In this document: positions 11,801 to 21,702 of the stretch, piece after piece
Layout: each line of letters begins with the position of its first letter
Numbering within the stretch: position 1 is the first letter of the stretch
Source of the DNA: Antedon mediterranea
Lineage: Eukaryota; Animalia; Echinodermata
NCBI RefSeq assembly: GCF_964355755.1
Contig: NC_092677.1
Coordinates: 5,850,101 to 5,914,100 of the forward strand
Direction of reading: 5' to 3'
DNA: 64,000 bases
Translations under genes and position numbers: made by a program
Notes under the pieces: model-generated
Seen by the model: the letters and a program-made list of their open reading frames with translations, nothing else
What the model was told of the DNA's origin: nothing
Databases searched by the model: none

Positions 11801-14508
11801 CTTTGTGTGATTCGCCAATTAAACTTGATTATAGAGTTGTTCGTGAACTTATATTTAAAGATGTTTCCATAAAAAAAATCCTCTATTACCTAGCAAAGTA
11901 TAAAGCCCATGTTTCATAGTACTTCCCGCCAGGTTCTCCATATAAAGCCGCTCCGCCGACCATATCTTGGTTTGTCTTCATCCAATAAGGTGGTCCCCAC
12001 GGGCTACCAAACAGCTTTATGTCGCGACTTGCGACCGCCATTGCTCTCTTAATTACAGGTATCTAAAATAGGATTATAGATGGCATTGGTTGGTTATTAA
12101 TTACCACACATTAAGACGAGATAAACGAGCTTGGTTCCTACTACACTAGAACGCAGCGTAAGGAAGTAGACGCAACGCAAGCGAGTTGACCAATCACACG
12201 CGACTGTTCATCGCTTGAGATTGGTCAAATCACTTTGCGTTGCGTTACGTCCTTGCGTTACGTCCTAGTGGGAACCAAGCTTTAGCATGACATGCCCATG
12301 ATTGCACATGTAATTATACGGACGGTGGACAGCAGTTAAAGCATCAGGACATTTGTATATATGGAGGAAAATCAACAATATACTTAGTTCCTTACTTTAT
12401 ATGTTAAGTCTTCCATTTCAAGAGCGAAGTTTTTGAGTTCAAAATCACCAGGAACGTCATCATAGGAATAGTTTCTTGTGGAGAAGTCACAGCTGGCCAT
12501 GGGTATACGTCCAAGGTTGTATTCGATGCCTGGATAATTAGATTATTACGGTGTTACAAATCAATAATTTATAAGATGTAGACATTTAGTAGGCCTAGCA
12601 TAATTTGAGACTTTTGTACGGTATGATAGAAAAGCACGAAGGCGCTCAGCCAAATTCTAAGTGCCCCATAGGCCTAGCTTTCGTCATTTGGAAACGGAGG
12701 ATTAAGGACTACTTAAGGACTGTGTTACATGTCTATTAAGTTATAAACAAAATAAATGAATGTGTTATATTTGTGGAATGGGGAGAGTATATTGTCATTT
12801 AAACAGAACATTGTTAAATAGTCAATCATTCAAGTCGTGAACATATTTTCACTATTTGTATACTAACCACTTTTGGAGAAATAAGAATTGAGGATGTGTT
12901 CTTGTACGGGTTCCGATAGATTCATTATGTTGATAGTGGCAGAATCAGTAAAGGCTCCGCCAAAGCCAAGAACAGTCTGATGACGAACAGACCTGTCAAT
13001 TGTTAACCGAAGATCACCTATTTAACAACAAAAAACAATTGTTGGCCAATATGTGTATTAAGTGGAAAGCACTACTTATGACTCTAAATGTTCAGTGGTT
13101 TAATAATAATAATAACTTTATTGTTTCTCTTTTATAACAGAGGCACAATTCTCAAGAGATGTGCAACAAAATAAAATAAATATGGACTTATCTTAATACA
13201 CAATCAAATACAAACATTTATAAAATATTATTACATTAAAAAGTATATAAACATTAGGGTATAAAAATACTTTCAATACATTTGAGCGAAAAGTAAAAGA
13301 TTGTGTTATGGACGGATATTATAAATTTTGTTGCATTCTTTTCATGCAGTTACAATATTTGTAGTTTTCAAACTTCGCATACTGTCTAGTTTGTCTCTGC
13401 GAAGTTGTGTCGACAAATCTCTAGCAGTAGGCCTATATTGACCGTGGAAACTACATAAACCTCAACACAATGTATTTAATATTCACTAACCAAATTTTCC
13501 TTCAGTGTCCGGAACTAACGTTGATGTGTTCTTGAATAGTCTAAGACTATCTTTAGTTGACGTGTACACGACGTATTGGCCAGGCAAAGTGTCAAAATCT
13601 TGGTCTACGTCATCGCAGTATGTTGATGAACACTCGCAGACGAATGACGACTTTCCAAAACTTTTCTTTTTACAGTCATTTCCAAAAGCTAAAGTTTACA
13701 AAGGACAATGTAGAATGTTAAAATTAAAAATATCAACAATAATATTAGGCCTAAGTAAAACAGAATAAGGTAACCTTGCTTTTTAGCTTCTCTACTGATT
13801 TTTGCCTAATTTGTAGGCCCAATACTAATTTGTAATGAATAAAATGTTCCTAATTTGGCGACAAAAAATATTGGTAAGTTCAATGCGGTACTTTACAATT
13901 TTTACTATTAAATAACATAAACTTATATTAAAAATTTACTTATATTACTCACGTACAATAAAAAACCAAAAACTCATTTGTCGTATTCGATTGGGAACTT
14001 TCGTTTTCAACGTAAAGATTCGTTGAGTACTTTTTGAATTCGAATTGTAAATTTGTGCTCAACAGAAAGTTATTCGAATAGAAAACGTTGACAACGAAAG
14101 CTTTTTCGTTAAGAACAATCTCAACGCTCAAAATACTCCGTTAAAGAAGTACTCAACGGAAAAACTGTACTCAACGGTGTAAGTCTAAATCGAATACGAC
14201 AAATGGCTGGCTATTTTCTTCTATAAATTACAGTTTTGTCAGGTAAATAATTTTTTTCCGTCAAAGTGAATAACCATTATGTGATATAAAAATGGCATAT
14301 TCAACAAAAAATTGTTTAAGCAAAGCATTATTTATTTAGTGGGACAATATATCTTTAAGCCATTTGAAAGTCCAATATAATCAAATGATTGCATATTAAA
14401 ATAGCCATGTTATACGGTACCTAATAACAAAAATAAAAATACTGTACCTTGATTTGTGTAGAATACCAAAACAAAGAATAGCAGTGGATAAACGTACAAT
14501 AGATGCAT
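8874..14508 (-). CDS. GBA1: Glucosylceramidase / glucocerebrosidase (GH30), 561 aa, with C-terminal hydrophobic extension
   Basis: Ten exons: 14508-14448 (signal [20 protein letters not shown]), 13688-13491 ([21 protein letters not shown]), 13017-12868 (GFGGAFTD), 12529-12396 ([11 protein letters not shown]), 12062-11890 (SPW..PYWMKTN), 11483-11246 (acid/base QNEP; ILDDQR), 10525-10304 (GVHWY; nucleophile ATEAC), 10046-9883 ([29 protein letters not shown]), 9653-9516 and 9081-8874. Total 1686 nt in frame, all GT-AG. Confidence 0.95.
9272..9450. mobile_element. Harbinger/Tourist-like MITE, family A (copy 2, GBA intron)
   Basis: Same TIR and internal ACGCAACGCAAG..GACCAATCACAAGCGA palindrome; flanks TAA/TTA. 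Confidence 0.8.
10704..11038. mobile_element. Mutator-like MITE with perfect 9-bp TSD (CACCGGGTA), tRNA-like internal module
   Basis: TIRs GCGATTTTTTTTTCGTACATAAGTTGGGGACCCC / GGGGTCCCCAACTTATGTACGAAAAGAAATATCGC. TSD caccgggta at 10695-10703 and 11039-11047. The internal segment 10741-10890 is homologous (reverse complement) to ~220-370. Confidence 0.88.
12128..12281. mobile_element. Harbinger/Tourist-like MITE, family A (copy 3)
   Basis: AGCTTGGTTCC...CTAGTGGGAACCAAGCT palindrome. Confidence 0.8.
13860..14358. mobile_element. Kolobok-like non-autonomous element remnant with a nested small TIR element (~13974-14205)
   Basis: 14205-14358 resembles the reverse complement of 54205-54390 and ends GGGACAATATATCT-TTAA. 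Nested inverted repeat CATTTGTCGTATTCGATT / AATCGAATACGACAAATG. Confidence 0.55.
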
Positions 14509-14911
14509 TCTTCTTCTTATTTTTGGTATCCGAAATATCGTCAAATCCAAAATGCACAAATGGGCCGATTTCTAACTTTGATCTTTGAACGGTGACAATC
14601 GTTAATAAACATAAGTTATCAACAACTATCTACCCTGATACGGTATGATAATTGTTAAGTATCGAGATCTTGGTAAACTTCAAACGCAACCGATTTAATT
14701 ATCATTTCTTTACACTTTTTTTTAATGATGTAAATGTCAATTTATCACTTCTAACACTAATTAGTAATGTTGCAATCTAAAACGCCCTATTACTGAAAAG
14801 TTATTTATATGATGTAGTATTCGTTATTACGAGTCTATAGACAATGAAAAAGGAACGAGTAGTTCTCTGGATTTGTCACCTGGATCAATTGGAAGATCGA
14901 CGAGCGTGGAC

Positions 14912-15008
14912 ACATACGGCATTACAGCATTGAAACACCGGTTAATCAATGTTGGGCCTGGCTGCATTCTGGATGGGAGACCGCGTGGAATCGCGGCAGG
15001 GTGCTGTA
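14912..15008 (+). pseudogene. 5S rRNA-derived sequence (pseudogene or SINE head)
   Basis: ACATACGGCATTAC...GGGCCTGG..GGATGGGAGACCGCGTGGAA..GGGTGCTGTA matches the 5' end, box C region and 3' end of metazoan 5S rRNA, with an internal deletion of about 20 nt. Confidence 0.7.
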
Positions 15009-15014
15009 TATACC

Positions 15015-15275
15015 AGCGGAGAGTGATGGTGTAATATCGGACTAGCATGTGATAGGCTTGGGTTCGAGCCTTTCTGTATCATTATTAAGATACTTTTACT
15101 CTCATTGCCTCGTCCTTTGGATGGGATGTAAAGCCGTTGGTCTCGTGTACTTAGCAGTGCACGTTAAAGAACTTGGTACACTATTCGCATGCCGGTGTGC
15201 TGATCTGGTAGGCGCTCCACTGCTGGCTGCCGTGGGTCCGTGGAGGTCCTAATCCGAATTTCCTCAGTTTGAAGA
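15015..15275 (+). mobile_element. tRNA-derived SINE with Deu/Nin-like core
   Basis: tRNA-like head with B box GGGTTCGAGCC, then TACTCTCATTGCCTCGTCCTTTGGATGGGATGTAAAGCCGTTGGTC..GCACGTTAAAGAAC..CACTATTCG. A second copy lies at ~39583-39870. Confidence 0.7.
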
Positions 15276-16184
15276 CAAACACAAAATATCAAATACATGT
15301 GGATTTGCTTCGAAAATATAGATATGTATGCACGATAGGAAGGAATGCAGGTCCACCATTGGAGTTTGTCAGATACATATATCCATTCCATCATTATTAT
15401 TATTTAATTATGCGATATTGTTGCAATATACAATCCATTCACAAAAAAAGAATATAAACAATATTGTTTATATTTTAAGAGATACCAAATGATGAAAAAT
15501 AACATTTCAGATCGTTGGCAAAAAAAAACAAAGATTTTCACATATGCTGATACTTTAAAATACAAATTAGAGGAAAGTAAAACACGAAGGAAAAAGAATT
15601 GACGCATTTCTGTGTTGACGTCATTAGAACAAGTGAAACGTTATAGGCCATAAGCAGTAGCTCAAAAGATGCCTAGAACATGGATTTCGTTCCCACCTCT
15701 TGGATCTACATTTTGAAAGTTGATATTGTGAAATGAATATGTTACACATACTATATCAAAAGTTCTCCATGAAATACTTGTACACTTTTGAGCAATGGCC
15801 TCTCAAAGGTACCCCACTACTGCAAAAAAGGCACTTTTTGAGGTCTGGAGGTACTTTTATGGGCCAATATCTTTAAAAGTCTTTGTCCAAATGCAATTGT
15901 CTTTTCTCTGTGAGTAGTCCAGTATATTGTGAACACTTATCCAAAATTTAAAATTTAAAAAATAAGTATTTTGTATGTGAGGAAAACTGAAAAATTACAA
16001 TTATTTAGTTGTAATTGCACTTTTCAAGATGTTTAAGACACAATATCTTCGTAACTAATTGACATACCATATTTATATTTTTTTCCCAAATATTTGAGAG
16101 GGTTGTTAAACAAGATTCAAAGTTTCAGCTTGTCAGCTTCATGGAGGTTTTATTTATGAAGATGCAAAAACTGAGATTTGGCCA

Positions 16185-16780
16185 ATTTTATAGATAATTT
16201 TAATATCTTTTAGTCGTTTTTTGAGCAGTTATATTTTAATAATCAACTCTCACTATGTATTTATATTCATGCAATGGGTATCCTAGTGAGTTAGTGACAC
16301 ACAAGTGAAGTTTCAATGCAAAAGAAATTATTATGCAATAATATGATAGTAACTTACATTGCATTTTTTTTGTTTTTAGTGCTAATTTTGTGTGAACTCG
16401 ACTCAAACAACCGTAAAAGGCGCCTGAATAAATACTATGCCTTTTCTGTACAACTACCCGAGAGGGTTGATAAACCAGCTTGATGATTTTTTTTATATAG
16501 GATGATTTTTTTTATATAGAAAGATGCACTGCACCAGCTGAAGAATTTGCTAATTTTATAGATAATTTTGATGTTTTATTTGTTTTTGAGGAGTACGTAA
16601 GCCTACATGATTTCTTAGAAAATGACTTGCCATAATAATATTTATATTCATGCAATGGGTATGCTAGTAGGTTAGTGACATCTGAGTAAATTTTCAACAC
16701 AAACAATAAATGATTATGCAATAACTTATTTATTGTAACTTAAATATTGCATTTTTTAGGAGTTTTTAGTGCCAATTTAG
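16185..16780. repeat. Diverged ~200-bp direct duplication (16185-16390 vs 16550-16780), likely part of a decayed DNA transposon
   Basis: Shared blocks AATTTTATAGATAATTTT, TATTTATATTCATGCAATGGGTAT, GTTAGTGACA, TTATGCAATAA, ATTGCATTTTTT..GTTTTTAGTGC. Confidence 0.7.
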
Positions 16781-17751
16781 GCCAGGAGCTTCCATAAAAA
16801 CAACCCATTTTTTTCTGTGAAACACCAGATAAGTAGGCCTGCCAGCCCATTTTTACTGTTTTTATATTGATAACATGAATGTAAGTCTTGTGGAGAGAAC
16901 TATTATTATTGATAATGATATGAGATGGACATATATACACACAATATACAACAAATACCTTGTAATGTATTTTCATTTATTTTTTTTTTTATTCTTTTGG
17001 ATTTGTGTTTTTTTACAACCCTACATGTTGCCCAATATACAATGTATATAATCCTACTCTTCTCTCTAGATACGTTGTACCAGCATAACTAGTAGTCAAG
17101 TAGAAAAGTTGTCAATTTCAGGTGCGGCGTGGCCAGTGTACAATGGAAATAGCAAATATACTTTAACTAATTAATAAATAATAATTACTATGTGGAATAT
17201 CCTTCATATACAGTATGTACATACTACGTGGTAGGTAGGTACAATTAAACATAGATTCAGCAACATTTGCACTAAGTATTTTACATTCAGCCAGTTGATG
17301 GTTTTGAAGTTTATGAAAAATTCAAGATGATGACAATTGTTTTGAAGTTGGTATCATTTCTGTAACAAATAATCAAGAATAGATTATCTAATTTATATCG
17401 ATTACTTAATATTTAGTTAAACTGAATATTATTAAATTACAATGAATCTTTTTGGTTTTATATTTAAAAATTAGTTCAGATTTGAGGTAAACCATACACA
17501 GAAATGTTGAAACATTTTCAACTTTACTTACTCTACCACACACTTTCCATTACTATAGTGTTTATTGACAATGCAACCTGGTATATAAAACATTTTTAAA
17601 GTAATGGATGTTTTTCAGCTATTTCTTGCATTCATTACTATTTTTAACTTTCATTACTAATTTTACTACTATTGTATATAATTATAACAAAACATAAATC
17701 ATTTGGCATTTCTCATCTCTACATTAAAAAAGGATCCAAAACTTACCAGAA

Positions 17752-18517
17752 TCAGTGAACGTGTTCAGCATTTTTGTGCCTCCTTTCCACTAGACAACCT
17801 AGACATAAATAATTGAATATAAATTGAATTGAAATGATACAGTTGAAATGAAATAAATTATTTTTTATTAAAATTAAGCATTTATAAATAAAAATAATAC
17901 CGGGCTGATGTATGAATACTAGGCCTAGTCTTCGGACCAGGCCATCAAAATGAATGCATAATACTAAATAGGATAGCCTAGGTACAGTATAGGGAAAGCC
18001 TGCTTACTCTAGGCCAGACCAAATTAATTATTTCAAACAATTGTAATTATTAATAATAATAAATAATAATATATTAATTTTAATGTGTATTTATTATGTT
18101 TGCTCAAAATGTACTAAAATTATGCTATCCTCACCTGTGTCTTTGTATTCCGTTTGTCGCCGTTTTAACTTAATAATAGCCCATTAAGTTATAGTTTAGT
18201 AGCAGGCCTAGCTGTACTGTGCTGCTGCCGGGCCTACCTAGCCTATGCCATCTTGAGAGTAGCCTAGTATACACCTCCAGACCTAGGCCAGTGTGCTACC
18301 AGCCTAAAGACGTAGCTAGCTAGCCTAGCCTTTCTGTACGAATATTATTAATATAGCACACTGGTTTAAGTGGTAACATTCTAAAAATCCCATTTCTTAT
18401 ATGAGCAGGAGACTATTTCAATACAATAGGATGATCATAAGATGCATCATTTCTTCGTTTACAGTAGCATTTGTTCGGTGGGGAATCAAACAAATTTTCC
18501 TCCACGTCTAGCTCCAT
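17752..18517 (-). CDS. Candidate small spliced gene, 57-aa basic/acidic microprotein (could instead be a lncRNA)
   Basis: Putative exons 18517-18425, 18168-18135 and 17798-17747 (stop 17754-17752), plus a terminal exon from 17577 with AATAAA at ~17561-17566. They join to MELDVEENLFDSPPNKCYCKRRNDASYDHPILKRRQTEYKDTGCLVERRHKNAEHVH. Donors GTGAGG and GTAAGT are strong; the first donor GTATTG is weak. Confidence 0.3.
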
Positions 18518-18539
18518 TCATCATGATTGAATATTTTTG

Positions 18540-18700
18540 TCCACGTGTGACGTTGCCGTGTGTGAGTTTTGGGGATTCCCCTCATCTGTAAACAGAGCAT
18601 GATTGGTGAAATACGATCACGTGGTACCGTTTTTAAGACGTTGCGGATAATTTGAACGTGTAACGTTCGGCCCGACCAAATCACTCACGCGGTGTATATT
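18540..18700 (-). promoter_or_regulatory. Promoter-like CpG-containing motif cluster
   Basis: E-boxes CACGTG at 18542-18547 and 18618-18623, palindromic kappaB-type site GGGGATTCCCC at 18571-18581, CCAAT (ATTGG at 18602-18606), and a TGACGT half-site. Confidence 0.5.
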
Positions 18701-18903
18701 AAAATAAAGTACCAAAATAAAACAGTAATTTCTCAAAATTGTCTAACACGATTATGGAGAACTTTTGATATGTTGTTATTTATAAAATTATTATTCTAAA
18801 TATGTAAAGAAATTGTAGATCCATGACATCGGAACGAGATGAAACGTTAGAATTTACTGCTTATGGCCTATTACTGGCATTACAGTCATTTCGGTTTGGG
18901 ATT

Positions 18904-19158
18904 CAGGGGCGGTCGCAGGACTATTTTAAGGGGGTTGTCCAAAGAGTCCAAGGCTGTAGACACTGAGTAGGCCTATTTACTGTGCAGTCTGCCAATTTAC
19001 ACATTCTCTTCTAGTCCTGTACGTTATGACGTTATGGATATTGTATACTGTACGATGAATGGGATCTAAATTTCAATTTAGTGACAGAAAAAAACATTTA
19101 CTATGAAATTAATGGTGTTGCCCGGGCCACTAGGGCAACACCCCTGCGTCCGCCCCTG
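18904..19158. mobile_element. Small non-autonomous TIR element (hAT-like termini CAGGGGCGG)
   Basis: CAGGGGCGGTCGCAGG ... CCTGCGTCCGCCCCTG; TSD is not clean (gggatt/gggaat). Confidence 0.65.
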
Positions 19159-20900
19159 GGGAATCACGTCGTCGTTACCCCCTCCCCCCCCCCCCACAAT
19201 GGTTCAAGATACAATTAGCAGCAGGCCTATCATTTACATTACTACACTTAGTCAATAGAATGAATCACAAAAATAGACAGAGTAAAGTTTCTAACGATTA
19301 TTTTTTATTTTACAGCATGTACACTTTGAAGATACGATACAATTTTACAGTCACGCAATGGGAGACTCACCAAGTAAGGCATAACTACTTAATCGAAACT
19401 TATATGAATTCAGCCTAACCAAATTCGGATAATTTGTTACGTGTTATATCATAAAAACATCGGAGATTGATTACTAATGGTTAGGCCATGGAGGTATAAC
19501 ATTAGATAAAATGTTACTTTCTATGGTTAGGCTACTATTGTTCATTTCAAACATATTTGTCTGGTTACTTTATATTTACTTTACCTAGGAAAGCAGAAAA
19601 TGTATTATCTGAGACAAATTGTTGTCTCGGATATTATCAGTACATAATATTTTATTGATTTGTTTCCGAATAGATTTAATATGCAATTTATAGCACACAT
19701 ATCGTAAGTGTATAGTTGCAATTTGATTGGTCAATTGTTTGTGACATGACATTGATATTTCAATAGGTAACTTTTTGTAAACATGTATCACGCGATAGGC
19801 CGATAAATAATGTGACACCGCAAATCAACACGTTGAAATCGCAGCCTATAATTGCTTTTCTCCGCGGTTAAAATCCAATAGACTGCATGAGCGGCCTAGC
19901 CTTTGGGATCGGAATCAAACCCGAAATACAAGATGAAAACATTTTACTTTTGGGCAGCTATACATGTTTCAACTCATAAGTAGGCCTATTTATTTTGTAT
20001 ATTTAAAACGAGATAAAATTGATATTTTTTAAGTTAGTTTTCAGAATAAACGAATTTGGGAATTTCTGGTTTTTATTATCAGAAAAGCTACTGCATGGAA
20101 TTCATTGTTCTAAAAATTGTTCTCTAGTTGGTGGAAAAAACAATGGTTTTAAGTATTTTTCAATTTTAAGTGTTTCCTTAGCAAAGTGTGAAATGGCCCG
20201 AGTTTGTGCGACATGGTGAATATGGCCATGTTAGGGGGCATTCATGGTCGAATTGGAAAGCATCTCTCTTTGTTTATATTTACATGATAGGCCTGGTTAC
20301 AAACTCTCTATCAGAAGTATGAAAGCTATAATACAAATATTTACAAATAAAACTCTAATATTTAACAGAAGGGTCAGTAACCCATCTATTCTAAAGGAAA
20401 GCATAGCCAAAACACCTCCCCATCTGGGTACATGCTTACACTCAGCGGCGTAAGAGTATGAGCGCTCAAACCCAGTGGACTCTGTGCATTCATTAAAACA
20501 TATCGGAAAAGGCTAAAACGCACAAGGCCTCCAGATTTTGATGGTCAATATAGGATCCCTTAACCACCCCAGAGGCCTCAGGCAACTGCTTACACGTTGA
20601 AGAATATCACATTGCCTGTCCAGCAATCAAACGTGTCTAACTGAGTCTAACTCAGTATATCTGAGCATGCAAGCCTAGCCTCAGTCGAGAAAAAATGCCA
20701 AAAGATAGCCAGTGATGGCAGAAGAGGCTATATGCTAGCTAAGTATGTATGTAGTATAATATTATATAACACCTATATAAATTCCTGTCATTTGATTGGA
20801 CGAATGTGGGTCACATGGCGTGCAATAGTACGCACTATTCAACGATCGTTAAATAGTACTTTGTGAAACATTTTTGTTTGTTATTTAGATGTTATATAAA

Positions 20901-21062
20901 ACAAATAATGAATGTTTTGTATTCGTGTAATGGTACAAATAATGGCACTTGGTGAATGATGAAAGGTTATATCAACTCGGCTTTGCCTCGTTGATATAAC
21001 CTTTCATCATTCACCTCGTGCCATTATTTGTACCATTGCACTCATAAACATTCATTATTTGT
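20901..21062. repeat. ~160-bp near-perfect hairpin element
   Basis: Arm ACAAATAATGAATGTTT..AATGGTACAAATAATGGCAC..GGTGAATGATGAAAGGTTATATCAAC and its reverse complement flank a central TCGGCTTTGCCTC. Confidence 0.85.
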
Positions 21063-21702
21063 ATACTATAGTATGTTGTACAATACTACAGCGCTAATAA
21101 TTAATTCTTAATTCATTACTTTGCATTTTAAGTTGGATTCTTGTACAACTTTGTTTTACGTTTGGTTAGCTTATGCCAATTTTAGTACTGATTAAAGTTT
21201 GAAATTATATTCATCATTATTTTATTTCTTAAAATAGACAACAAAAACAAACTCTTCTTGATGCCCCAAGTCTCCCAAAAGTCGTGGCAGACATTTTTGG
21301 TAGTCTCACAACTTCCAAAAAAAGAGTAAAATTCACATCGTTGTAGCCCTACTCATGTAATGTGACGTGAATGATACCATTATTGATTATTTGGCGCCAT
21401 CTATCCATTTTTTAGTGGTTGGTGCCATGGGTTTAGTGTTACAGTAAGCGCCCTCTATTGTTCAATCATACTTTCAGAAAGCCTAGACATTTCTTTAATT
21501 GTGGCATCTGCCAACAGAGCAAAGCTGGATATATTTCATTACATTATTTCTTTTAGGACGTGATCTTCGGCCAAAATATAAACAGCGCTGTCCGTATCAA
21601 CTCCTCTTTTTCGTTTAATAATACAGTATTGACAAGTTATCTTTGTCGTTATTTTATAACTTTGTTGTTTTACCTAGGTCGGCATCAGACAAGAAACGAA
21701 CT

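Noticed and set aside
17578-18134. Intronic snoRNAs in the small orphan transcription unit
   Set aside because: No paired C (RTGATGA) and D (CTGA) boxes with a terminal stem, and no clear H/ACA structure, on the minus strand.
21390-21462. CTCF-like words (GGCGCCATCTA, AGCGCCCTCTA)
   Set aside because: Only partial matches to the consensus; cannot be supported without ChIP data or conservation.
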